Shown here piece by piece: positions 38,141-51,210 of a stretch of 64,000 nt of DNA. The position numbers were made by a program, and so were the translations under genes. Each line of letters begins with the position of its first letter. The first letter of the stretch is position 1. The DNA lies in contig NC_042998.1 in the NCBI RefSeq assembly GCF_006345805.1, positions 160,456,001 to 160,520,000 of the forward strand. Direction: 5' to 3'. The notes under the pieces are model-generated. The model did no database searches. It was not told where the DNA came from and saw only the letters and a list, made by a program, of their open reading frames with translations. This DNA comes from Octopus sinensis (Eukaryota).

Positions 38141-38667
38141 TAATTGCTACACTGATCTTGATTTATTATTTATTTGCTCTGTATGTCTTATGAATTCAAA
38201 CTCTAATTAGCTTGGTATGAATAACATATGTATCAATGATATATTACTAATGCCAAGTCCAATAGGATAACAGGCAAATAACCATGAAGTTATTGGTTCA
38301 TATCCTTGTCACCATGTTATTCTGTCTGTAACCAGGTCAGACCTCCTGAATCTCAAATAGCTTAAGCTTCTTAGTTGCTAAACAGGTATCCCAATCTAGG
38401 AACTCCACATGGCAACACTATTTATTTGTTAAAATTTTGTTAGCTTGCAGTACCAAGTCCAGTTCCACATCTAGAAAGAAATACATGTGATAGATCAACA
38501 TCCTATCCATTGAAATGTTTTTCATCCAACACTATGACCTGGGGTTAAACAGTCAGCCATGTGGCTGGATCATAGTGAATGGGGAAAATAACAGTAATTA
38601 ATTAATTATTTTCTTTGGTGGAAATTATAGCCCATTAATTTACTTAATGATTATTTTGGCAGTTTAA

Positions 38668-38867
38668 CCCTTTAGTATTTAAACCAGCCATATCCGGCTT
38701 AAATATACTATATGTTTTATGTTGTAATCTACCAGATCTATTCTAAAAATATACAATCACATCATCAAAAGTTTAAAGCTACAAAATAAAACATGGTTAA
38801 TTAAAACCAATGTGAATGAAAAAGCAATGCATATGACAGCATTACATTTGTTTTGAATGCTGAAGGG
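38668..38867. mobile_element. piggyBac-type (TTAA) MITE, 200 bp
   Basis: TTAA|CCCTTTAGTATT ... AATGCTGAAGGG|TTAA. Confidence 0.85.
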
Positions 38868-40884
38868 TTAAGGTTTTGTGTCTGGGATTAATATTCATTC
38901 ATTTTGAGGGGATAAAATAATTCATGTTTACATGTTTGAAATATAAGGATAACTATTTTTTCTTTCTTTCATAATCTTCTATATTCCAATATCTATGATT
39001 CTAATATCTTTAAATAATCCTTACAAGCTGTTTAATTTATTCATCCCTTGTTATGCTATGCTGACAATTTCTAATGAGAATGAAATGGCACTATACCTGA
39101 TTACTTATGATGAGAAATTTTAAGATCTTCATAATAAGTAAGAAAAGAAAAATATGTATCTTTTGTACCTCTTCTTTGGTCTTCAAGTTTAAAATTCAAA
39201 CTTCAAATTCTACCAAAATTTATCTAAAAGTGATTGTCTCCCTTATAATAACTGACCACCAGGGCAACCACATGTTTGAAATATTGCGTATAATTTTCTT
39301 CAATTAATAATCCATCCTTCTTCCCAGTAGCTTTCATCTGTTCAAACAGCAAGTTATCAGTATAATAAACTATCGGTAATAGCAACAGTAGTCATTTGCT
39401 TCTTCTTCTTGCTACCTCTGCTGTTTGTTATCTATTTATCAAACCTGTGCAAGAATCACTGCAATAAGAATACTAACTTTGCATATTTGCACTGTATATA
39501 CTCAATACTCACCTGATTTAGTTTTAATTGACTTGCTCTAGCGATTTGTATCATCAACAGTTCCTTGTTGGGTGGAACTATCATTGATATCTATCAGAAT
39601 TGGAAGCAATAAAGTTTTAAAAAAGGGGGAAAGAAAGAGAAAACAGTGGACTTTCCTGTGAAAAAGTTTTGAAGAAGCTGGAGGACAGGAGATAGAGAAT
39701 GGAATATTTGAGCAACTTAGTGCACATATAAACAATTACATATATACTGAGGTGTATGTATATGTGTTGGTTGTGCATGTGTGCCTGTTGTATGTTGGTT
39801 GTATGTATGTATATATAAAGTGTTGGTTCAATAAGGTGTTCTCTCTTTTTTTTCTTTTTCCATAATGCCTCTAGGTTTTCTCAGAAACAGTTGTAACAAA
39901 GCAAAGTTTGCTTAGATATTGTACAGAATAGAATGAATGAATGAATGAATCAAGTTGCAGAGAACTTTTCTTGCTTCCATTTCATCTTAATAAACCTACT
40001 GGTTCAATTTTGTGAACACAATAACTATTAATTTCTGCTTATCTCATCTCTTTCATCAATCACACTAATTCAGGATTGCTCCAGCAATCAACAGAGTTTC
40101 TTTTCATCTGGTTATCTTCATGTTTAATGATTACTCAAGGCAATTGTTTTGTTACGTTTCATACTTCTTTTTAATTTGTTTTAATTTCTTTAGTGCACAT
40201 ACACTAAAACTTGCACACATGTGTGTGCATGCGCACGCATACACACACGTTACCCCACTCTTCTTCCTCCTGTGTATTTGAATCTGTCTCTTTATCTAGT
40301 ACCTTATTTTTGCTGAGGAAATCTAACTTAAACTAATTGATATTGCCATCTTTTATGTCATTGACATTTCTTTCTTATCAACACTGAGATGTCAGAATTT
40401 TGTAACTGGATTCTCAACATCGTAATTTTCTAACTTGATGTCCAACACCTTACATCTTCCACTCTATCTTAGAGGCAAGGATGAGAAGACGCTATACCTG
40501 AAACCAGTTTCTAACTAAACAGTATTTAACTTTAGCTACAAATAATTTTGTCTGGAAATGGAATGAATTTCCTTAAAATAATCTTTTCATTAAGGTGTTC
40601 AAGAGAAAAAAAAAATGAAAATAATCTATCAATAAAAATTTGCTGTTGTTATTTTTATTTAACACTAAATCAACCCTGATTTAGCAGACCTATGTTCAAA
40701 GGTTCTCTTAGCCTTGACCATCTCATCTTTTTGTCCTAGATTTTACTGTTCAGTATGTCCTTCCAATTTTAAAAATATAAAAGTGTGATTTGAAAGGGAC
40801 TCAGCTATTATTTCTGGGAAGTCAGATGATTTTATGGGGCTCACTCATTGGCTCACAAAGAGTAGTGATTGTGCCAATACTCAT

Positions 40885-42535
40885 CATTAAATGACTTTTC
40901 ATTAAATAACTTTTCATTGCACATCTTTTCATCAAAATGATTTTTTTTTTATTGAAACGCATTTTTTATTGATATGACTTTTCATAGAATGATTTTGTAA
41001 ATATATTATTTTTAGAATAATATTTTTTGTCAACAGTCATGTAATTTATGATTGTTTTTTTAATTTAATTTTGTGGACATTGAAACTGGAGATCAACCAA
41101 TCAGACAATAGAGTACAATATTCATTAAGTCTTTCCATGTCTGCTTGATATCGATTATTTTTGCCCATAGCTGAGATGGAACTTGTGTCGAATAGAAAAA
41201 GAAATGTCAGCTAACATTTAATGGCTTTTCAAACATTTTCAACAAGACTGTCAACAATGTCATATACTGGAGATGTGACAAGTATTTGGACATGTAAATG
41301 CTGAACATCTAAGAGAAATGAAACTTCAAAATGAACTGCTGATCACAATCACTCACAAGATCCAGTATGCAGTGAAGTGGAAAAGATGGCAGCTTAGAAT
41401 GTGGGCATGAACTGTTAACTCAGATGAAAAGATATCAAGTGTCTTCCTATGTATAATAGAACTTTCTACCAGTAGACATTGATGGTCTTATAAAGGTAAC
41501 ATCCCTCAAATGGATAGTTCAATAAAATATTTTCAATGTTAACTACATGTAGACAACTAAAAAGATAAAATTTATTTTCTAAGTGGATGACAAAAATGGC
41601 CTTTATATTTTTGCATCCCTCAAAATCTAAATTTGCTAGTTTAATTTAGTAGCTGATTTTCCAGCTCCAGCTTGTAATCAGCATTATACCATTCATGATT
41701 TAGTTTATGCTGCTGCTTGTTGTGAATCTGATATAACTTAGAATAAAATCATTTGAGTTTCAAAAGACAAAGAGCTGGAATTTACATTGAGACAGTGACT
41801 ATAAACTCTGAAATGGCTACATTTAATGCATTTTCAAATAATTTCCCAACTGCAGAAAATTTAAATGTTCTCTCACTACTTCAGGAAATGTTGCTATTGT
41901 AAACTTCTCATGTTATAGCAACAGAGTTGGTACACTGAAAATTTGGCCTCCAGTTGATGTATAAAGGTTTGAAGAACTCACTGGAACTTTGAGCCACAAA
42001 GAGGCCTCTTTTAAAATGAGGTTGATATTCCAGTGTATAGTAATATATGCAAAATGACTTGTAATGAACCAATAACAGCATTGAAGGTTGTCTGAATGCA
42101 TTCAGCAAACATGTTGTCATTACTCACCTTTTATTATGTAAAAACATAAAGAAAAATTGGATGTAAAATAATCAAGGTGCAAATAAAGTATTTATTGAGC
42201 AACTGGCTGATGGTTTTGATGACCTACCAAGAAAATGACATTACAATGCAGTAAACAAATGACTAAAGAACATTGTATCTGGATATCATGCTGTTAATGA
42301 TTGAATAATTAATTACCTGCAATTTGTAGCACATAATGTATGAAATTGTTACAGGTAGAAATGTTTGAAGATCTAGTCCTGTTTTCTGAAATTCAAGTTT
42401 TGGTTGGAAATTCTATTTTCAATTTATCTTTAAAATAATTTATGAAAACTCACTTTGATAAAAAGTCATTCAATAAAAAGTCATTTGTTGAAAATTAATT
42501 TGATGTAAAGTTACTCAATGAAAAGTTTTTCCACA
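40885..42535 (+). mobile_element. Mutator-like (MULE) DNA transposon with repeat-rich inverted ends
   Basis: Left array of TGACTTTTCAT-like units (about 40885-41000) mirrors the right array ATGAAAAGT/AAAAAGTCATT (about 42441-42535). Encloses a decayed transposase. Confidence 0.8.
41176..42343 (+). pseudogene. Decayed FLYWCH-MULE transposase
   Basis: With stops and frameshifts: FNGF..NNVIYWRC (41265-76)..TCKC..HNH (41344-52) is a FLYWCH-type finger. Also NQHYTIHDLVYA (about 41676), TINSEMATFNAFSNNFPTA (41798, DFE-A-NA-FP motif), *TNNSIEG..NAF (42065, RTNN-EGWH motif) and NYLQFVAHNV* at the end. AACCAATCAG (CCAAT box) at 41095-41104 upstream. Confidence 0.85.
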
Positions 42536-42801
42536 TGGGGTAATGTATGTGTGTGTGTATACAATGAAGTAAAAGTGAGAGAAGAGAATAGTTGGGTAAT
42601 AGAGTAATTAGATGTAGTGTGCAAGAGAGAATACTGTGCTGGTACATGTTTGTAATGCATATAGAGGATAATGGCAATTGAGTTCATAAGTTGGGTAAAA
42701 AGATGATGTAGTGATTGGGTTATGTCTGAGGATTAGGCCGTCATAAGAAGAGTAAGATAGAAACTTTTCAGTGAGATTACTTGGTGCACAATTTCCTTTA
42801 A

Positions 42802-43020
42802 CCCTTTAGTATTCAATTATTCTGTCAATTGTAATGCTTATTTATTCATATTGTTTTAAATTAGTTGCACATTATCTCATAGCTGTGTGGTTTTTATGAT
42901 GTGACTCTTCACTTTAGGAACGACATTGTAGGGTAAGTGTAAGAGGCTGGATCTGGCTGGTTTCAACATAGAGAAAGTAAAATATTTAGGTTGGATATGG
43001 CTGATTTGAATGCTAAAGGG
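42802..43020. mobile_element. piggyBac-type (TTAA) MITE, 219 bp
   Basis: TTAA|CCCTTTAGTATT ... AATGCTAAAGGG|TTAA, opposite orientation to the 31218 copy. Confidence 0.88.
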
Positions 43021-45471
43021 TTAAAGAAATTCTTTATGGCTTAGAGACAGAAGAGTATCCCTTATGCCTGTTTACAGGGTATCAAAGATTGGTTGGATGA
43101 ATAGAGAAAGAAATCATCGGACTTGAGATGTGACTCCAAGGCTTGTGATGGAGTGAAATCCTCTGAACGCACCCATGGGCCAGGTGACAATTACTCTACT
43201 ATTTCAAAGCAGGAGCAGCCTCTCCGCCGGGTTCTACACGGTTTCAATTTATCAAATTTCATCCCCCAAAGTTTTGGTTGATTCAAGCCTGTATTAGAAG
43301 AGACTTGCTCCAGGTTTGAACCCAAAACCTTGTAATTCCAGAGTAAACTTCTTAACCACACTGCCATAACAGTGTGACAGACATGATGCAAATATTGAAT
43401 TAGGTCTTTCTTGAAGTGTAATAAATAAGTACTTTTTTATATTTTGAATCTTAGTACAAGCTCAAACTAGTTTAATGTCTGGGTTGGGTATTTCTTGGAA
43501 TTTTAAAAACTTTAGTAACAACATCCTGTTTTGTGTTCTCTCTGATAGTAAGTTCATTGTGTAGTTTTGATTTTAATTTTATCAGTAAGATATACTTTGC
43601 TCTGGAATCAGTCTTGTCCTCAACAGTGTCACTCAAGGTTTTTGTTGTACTATAGCAATCTGCTCTCTACACTGTTATAGTGCAGCTATAGTGAAACTGT
43701 GGTTGATTACTTCTTTTTTGTTGTTTCATTATTAGAATTTCATTAACAGACACAGGTGTGGATGTGTGGTAAGAAGCTTCTAACTGTTATGGCAGTGTGG
43801 TTAAGAAGTTTACTCTGGAATTACAAGGTTTTGGGTTAAATCTTTAAGTGTAACTCCTTGGGCAAGTCTTTTCTGTTATAGCCTAACCTAACTGTAACCT
43901 AGCCCTAACCTAATTCTAACCTAACTCTAACCCTTAAGTGATTAAAATCAGCCCCAGTATTTATATTTATAAGCCTGTTACTTCTGTTATTGATCTTTAT
44001 TTGTTGAAGCACTAAGTGCTAAACACAGAGCACCATTTTTTCAAGCAGTGTTGACAGAGATAGACTTGGAGATACATATGCAATTTAATATGGTGTAGTC
44101 ACAGTGGCTCCTAGCCTTTTCATTAACAAGGGTCCCTTTTATTTAAATAACTTTTCCCACTGACCTCACTTCAGGCTTTTGAGAGGCACGTCTATTCAGC
44201 AAGCAGATTTTAATAGCTAATAACAAACTCTTTTCCTATGTTTATCTCGGGGTCGAGAAATATATGCAATTTCTAGTATGGCAAACCTCATTAAACTGAT
44301 CAGCAAATCACAAAAGTGTGAATTCAAATCTTAATAGTTCAGCTGTAGTGATGGAGCAAGCACTTAAGTTTACTTGTCTTCCTTTGTCTGGAAAGGAGCC
44401 AATGAGGAAGCCTGTATGTGGTTGATCAACTTTCTTGAAACAACAGTCAAACTGCCTTCATACCAAGGCTTGTCATCTTGAAAAAGGAAACATTGGATGA
44501 GGTTGTCCTGAATATATTGTCTGGAAAATAAGATAGAATAGTCATGGCTTGGATGCTTTGATCACAGGTTTGCTTAATCAAAATTGATCTTGGGTTAAAC
44601 AACAATATAAACAACATTATCTGAGGGAAGTAGTTTTCTATCATGTTTCAATTATGATTGAGTAATAAAAGAAATGGTTTCCTACTGACAAAACAAAAAC
44701 CAACAGAAACAAATTTCATTGAACAATATGCAAATGTTTAAATTTATAAATCTATCCAACTTATGATTGCATGCAAAAAAAAAAAGAAGTCAAAAGCAAA
44801 AAACAGAGAGAAAAGTAGTTTTTTTTTTCTCTCATTTACTCCCTCTCTTTCTTTCTCTCTTACTCTTTATCTCATTAATGCTCAGAAACTCTAAATATAG
44901 TTTAAACATCTATTTTTCTTACTACAGTTATATCTCCTCTCCCATCCACCCCCATACACATTTACTTCACATTTACTTGGATTAAATCATATTTTTGTTA
45001 TTGTTGTTGTTATTGCTATAATTTTCAGTCCTTTTGTGCATCTTTGACAGCAAAACAGTTATACCATATTACATGCATATTCATAAGTCAATGTTTTATA
45101 CTTTATCTGCAACTATATTTCCTTTCATGTCATCAAAAGGAATATAAACTTTTCCTGCCAGTTAGTTATTTAGGATCTAATGAATTCCTTGCAAGCACTA
45201 CTTGTCACTACCATCACATCAAATATTAGTGATCAAATTATATTGCAGCCTGGGAATATTGCTGGGTTATGAAGCTTACTGTCTTTGAACCATTGACCAC
45301 TGTATGGTGACTTCAGCTGCAGAAGATAACCATTGACCCAACCTTGTCAAGACATCTATGAATTACCTTGTCAATCAGACAGCTGGTTCGTCTTCACTGG
45401 TCACCATTGCAACACCCAATTGCATTTTGACTTACTATATACAAGATCTACATCTCAATAGAAATACTTGT

Positions 45472-45517
<46 letters not shown>

Positions 45518-47032
45518 TGTGTAGTTGTGTGTGTATGTGTGGTTGTGTGTGTGTGTATATGTGTGCATGTGTGTGTGTTTATATAGACATATACTAGGTG
45601 AAACACTGCCCTCCAGGAAGTTTTCTCCTGGTTTATACAATGTGTATGTACTACATCACATTGTTCTGTGTGTGTATATATGTATGTGTGTGTGTACTGT
45701 GTGCACACACTCACACACATACACACACACACATAGCATTATATTGTCCAGTGTTTTCATTCCTAACTTTTAAAGAAAAATCAAAACAAAATATTGAAAC
45801 ATGAAAGGAGTTGAATTTTTGAGAAAATTAGGGAAATGATTTTTAAACATTTAAAAGTAAAGTCAAAATAAAGAGATATAACTCCAAAACATTTTAAGAA
45901 TTATTGAAAGTTATAAAACAGTGAAATGTAAAAGTGCTTTGATTTGCTGTCATTACTATACAGGAACAATGTTTACCTCATTTCTTTAAAATTATAATTG
46001 CTATAATAATATCAGTAACACAATGAATGTCAACATAAGTTAGATTGAAGAGTGTAAGATTGAGAAAGGGAAAAGAAGTGGAGGTGATCACTGTCTATGA
46101 AAGCTAGTGTGAGAAAGAGAGAGAGTGGAAGAGAGAGAGAGAGAGAGAGAGTGTGCGTGTGTGTGAGAGAGAAAAAGAGAGACAGACAGAGATGTAGGTT
46201 TTATGCAAAGATGATGTTTAAAATATAAGCAGCATTTTTTATTATAAAATTTTTATAGATTTTACTATTGTTTTAGGTTAATTTAGAATATTGTTTAGAG
46301 CTTTACATATATATTATTACCTAATGATGTATATGTGTGTGTATATATACATATATATACACACACACATATATATGTATAATTTTCACTGGTATTTCTT
46401 GATTCCACTTGAATGATGAAAAGTAGTTGACCCATATGGATTTAAGCACAGAAAGTAAAGGAATGTAATTTAACACCACAAGGCATTCCAGCTGTGTGTG
46501 TTTGTATGCATCTATATTTACATATACAAACACATGTGCATATGTATGAGCAAGTGTGTATGATAATTGCCATTTATTTATGGTAATTGCTACCTTGATG
46601 AATGTTGGATCAGGAATATGTGCTGATATTAGATATATTAAAATTGAATGTAGTTCAATGTATTTGTAGGAAAGGCTGAGCACAATGCAGATGTGGAAAC
46701 TATAAGATAGATATTGGCTAATCTAAGGAAAAAGAAATAAACTAGTTTGGTTGTCTGGACCTGTAATCAGATGGTAAATATTTGAAAGGAAAAGTACTAT
46801 ACATGAAGAAGTAGAAAATATCTGTGTTGAAGGAATATTCTGCAAAGACTTGAGAGATAGTGATGAAATCACATCTGAGAACGTTAGGCTTTAGACAGTG
46901 GACCTCAGTGAATAGAGATATTCTGTATTATCTACCTGTCAAAACCACGGAGAAATTTATTCTAAAATTATGATGGTGGCAACAGTGATATTGATTATTA
47001 TTCCAAGTATATTTTTGGAGAATGCATTTTAA

Positions 47033-47247
47033 CCCATTAGTATTTAATCCAGCCATATCTGGTCCAAATATCTATTGTATGTTCAAATTGGCTAGATCTG
47101 GCATCTCATGCTTACACTACAATGCCATTCTAAAAATAAAGAATTACATCATTGAAATTTTGAAACTAAAAGATAATGCATGATTAATTCAAAGCATTGT
47201 GAATAAATCAGTATTGTATTTGACAGATTAATCTGAATGCTTAAGGG
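47033..47247. mobile_element. piggyBac-type (TTAA) MITE, 215 bp
   Basis: TTAA|CCCATTAGTATT ... AATGCTTAAGGG|TTAA. Confidence 0.85.
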
Positions 47248-47770
47248 TTAATGTTTTTCCCCAATTTTTTAATATTCACTTTGTCATGCAAATTTTACTG
47301 AACTAATAATCTATAATCTTCGCCAAAACTGATATCCATTACACCTCAGAAGTTACAAATAATATCTGTTTTGTGTGTAATATATATTAGAAAAGAAAAA
47401 GTGTTACATATCTATAGTATGCTTTTTCAGTGTAATCAGAACATAGTCTGTGCCTGCCATAATTTCTGTTGAGCTTGGTTTCACACCATACGATATCTAC
47501 AATTCTGAGAAATCTAAGAGACAAAATGTACACATTGTAATTTTTAAAGAGTTAATGTGTTGTATCTCTATAAATGCTGGTATATTTAGAAACCAGAGAT
47601 ATATTAATTAAAAAGAATATAAAAAAATTGTTCAAATTAGTTTTTTTTTTTTGTTATCTCTTGATCTTTCTTATCATGTAATTATTGATTTTGGCATGTA
47701 CATTCTTCTGCTGGCTTTCTCTTCTCTGCCATATTCTTGGTGATAATGTATCATTCATTTTGTCTGCTTC

Positions 47771-47805
<35 letters not shown>

Positions 47806-48139
47806 GATAGATAAATAAATACATATATCTATATATATATATATAAATACATATATCTGTATATGTATATGTGTGTGTGTGTACATGACTGTTTAGATTT
47901 ATATGTTACCTAATTTAAACAGGTTTAATGTTATTGATATTTTTCTTATTTATGTACGTATTGGGAAGAATATTAGAAGAAAGAAGTACAGCAAAAGAAT
48001 TTTATCAAATTTTAATTCCTTTCAACCCATTTCATTTTTGTTAAATAATTTGGAATCGTGTTGGTGGAATGAAGATGAAGTTAGATTAGTTTACTCATGT
48101 GAATAGCAAAAAAGAAAATGAAATCCACGTGACAATTAT

Positions 48140-48764
48140 CTTTCTTACTTGTTTCAGTCAGTCCACCATGGCCATACTGGGGCATCACATTAAAAAGTTT
48201 ATGTCAAAGAAATTGATCCCTATACTTACATTGTTTTTAAAGTCTGGTACTTATTCTATTATGAGTCACTACTGCAGAACTGCTAAGTTACAAGGATATA
48301 CCCAAACTAACACTGGACAACAAGCATTTTGTCCTTTATCTTTTTCCAATCATTTGACTGGCCATTTTGGGGCACCACCTTGAACAGTTTTTGGTCGAAC
48401 AAATTGACCCTAGCACTTATTTTTTTAAGCCTAGTATTTATTCTGTCGGCCTCTTGTTGCCAAACCACTAGGTTACGGGTAGGTAAACACACCAGCACTA
48501 GTTGTCAAATGGTAGCTGGGGGCAAACACAGGCACGCGCGCGCGTGCACACACACACACGCACACACACACTCACTCACACACACACACACACACACAGG
48601 AGTGGTTGTGTGGTAAGAAGTTTGTTCCCAATCACATGGCTCTGGGTTCAGTCTCACTGCATGGCACCTTGGGTAAGTGTCTTCTACTATAACCTTGGGT
48701 CAACCAAGACCTTGTAAGTGGGTTTAGTAGATGGAAACTAAAAGAAGCATATATGTATATATGT

Positions 48765-48818
<54 letters not shown>

Positions 48819-48835
48819 ATATATATATATGTATA

Positions 48836-48872
<37 letters not shown>

Positions 48873-49530
48873 GCATGTATATATATATTTATGTATGTAT
48901 GTATTTGTGTGTCTGTGTTTGTCCCCCCACTATTGCTTGACAACTAATATTGGTTTGCTTACATCCCCGTAACTTAGCAATTCAGCAAAAGAGACCAATA
49001 GAATAAGTACTAGGTTTACAAAGAATAAGTTCTGGGGTCCATTTGTTTGACTAAAAGCAGTGCTCCAGCGTGGCCATAGTCAAAAGATTGAAACAAGTAA
49101 TATATATATATATACACAATAGGCTTCTTTCAGTTTCCGTCTACTAAATCCACTCACAAGGCTTTGGCTGGCCCAAGGCCGTAGTAGAAGACACTTGCCC
49201 AGTATGTCTTGCAGTGGGACTGAATCTGGAACCATATGGTTGGGAAACAAGCTTCTTACAACACACCCATGACTGCACCTATTAAATGGTGTGTATGGGA
49301 TGGCACTAGTGAAAACGGGCCTTAGATGATGATGATGATAACTACATGGCTAAGTCCACACACACACGCACCAGGCTCTCACACAGTTTCCATATACAAA
49401 ATTCACTCAGAAGGCATTGGTTGGCCCAGAGCTATAGAAGAATACGCTAGGCCAAGATACTGCACAGTAGGACTGAACCAGAAACCATGTGGTTGCAATG
49501 CAAGCTTCTTAGCCACACAGCTATACCTAG
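48140..49530. mobile_element. Dense SINE cluster: two minus bodies, one full plus copy, two minus heads
   Basis: Bodies at about 48140-48320 and 48326-48530 (-), full copy 48597-49100 (+), heads at about 49120-49280 and 49370-49530 (-). Confidence 0.85.
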
Positions 49531-51009
49531 CTTATGAATGCATAACTTGTGCTCTTTAACCACTTCTACAACAGCCTCTTGGGAACTAATTTCATAGCTT
49601 CTCTATCCGTGCCCATCAGTTTATTTTTTTCTTCTGTCACTCTCATTCTTTTCTACTGTATGCCTCAGTCTGTGTTTCCTCTCATGACTATAAACCTACA
49701 CTTATCCTGCAAACAGTGAAGTAATAATAGTGAACTAAGTATCAACAGTGTCCGGGAATGGTGAGGTGGACCTGAAACTGTCATAAGCACTACCCATTTT
49801 CTCGGACTAACTTATTAAAAACAAAATAAGGAAGAAAAAAGTACTACTTTATATGTTCTTCGCCCCCTACTAGTTAAGAAAAGTGGAAATTGTTTCAAAC
49901 ATGACATATTTGTCAATGACTGAGATAACACATTCTCCACTGTTCTTATGCTAATACATGTGATAAACACAAACTGTGTTTTCTAATTAGTAATCAACTA
50001 TTTGCCAACAGAGCTGATATTGTTATAACAAAAGTGATGTTTTCTCAAATACTGATCTGTTACTTTTATTCACTTGTGATGCTATAAACACAGTTATATG
50101 GCAGAGGAAGGGGTGGAGGACTGGCCAGCAAGGTTTGGCAGGGAGAGGAAGTCATCAAAAATGATTCCTTAGAAATATGTTATCAATATTGATTGGACTG
50201 CAAACTTCCTTATGTTTCCTATTCAAAAGCCTGTCAGACTTTTATTTCTTTGCAAAGAAACCTTTCTCTCTCTGTCTCTCTCTCTTTCTGTTTTTCTAAC
50301 TCTCTCTCTGCTTGTCTCGCTGACTCTTTCTGTTACTTTCTCTCTGACTGTCTATGACCCCCTCTTTACTGTCTCTCTTTTTCTTTCTTTCTGTTCAATT
50401 CAACTTAGTTTCAGTTCTCAGTGAAAGTTAATCCCCAGACTCCTTTGAAGTAGGAACTGCCAAGACAAACAGTTTGCAGCCATTGTTTAGAGAAGGAAAT
50501 ACTAATTGAAACCTACAGCAAGTTACTACTTCTAATTAATTTAAAGGTTTCAGCCCTTTTGTTTGAAACTTTGGCCCTTTCTTTTTAACCATTCACCTTA
50601 CTGTTACGTATAAGAATTGCCAAAATGAATTTTCTTAATCTCCCTCTCTCCCCGTCATGCACATGACCAGAAGTGGAATCACATGCACATACATATATAC
50701 ACACATTCATACACACACACACACACACATGCATACACACGCACTTACACATGCACACACATATGTATCTATGTATACACACACACACACAAGTATACTA
50801 AGATAAAAATGCCTGCACACACTGGAAACTACATATAGCAGAACTTGTGTTGTGATAACCAGATAATTTTTAATGCGCAGTGTTTACTAGGTGAAGACAC
50901 TAGTAAAGCAGCATAAACAATGTAGTGTCTCAACAAAACAAACTGGAATCACTTACTGCATATCATCTGAAGAAGCCAATTACCAAGACAAGAAAGCATG
51001 GCAAATCCG

Positions 51010-51210
51010 AATGTACAATCCTCAAGTGTGAAGCTCTCTATAAATCTTGCTGCTGGCAGATTTAGCCAAACAATTGATATCACTGTTTGCTTCACACCCT
51101 TCTCTTATTCTTCTATCAGCCTTCTGCAAATCTACTAATAGGCTTTTGAGAAGCAGAGAGGATTGCTCATGGCACTTGGCTTCACACCAGTCATGTCGAG
51201 TAAATTTTTG
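51010..51210 (-). mobile_element. Ancient RTE RT remnant
   Basis: Open frame QKFTRHDWCEAKCHEQSSLLLKSLLVDLQKADRRI resembles IFTxRQxxEKCxEQ..VDLxKAFD. Confidence 0.5.

Noticed and set aside
39331-39516. Plus-strand open frame with a transmembrane-like segment (LSVIATVVICFFFLLPLLFVIYL) after a NAGNAG acceptor
   Set aside because: Hydrophobicity comes from low-complexity TTC/CTG repeats; no linked exons; abuts a better-formed opposite-strand candidate.
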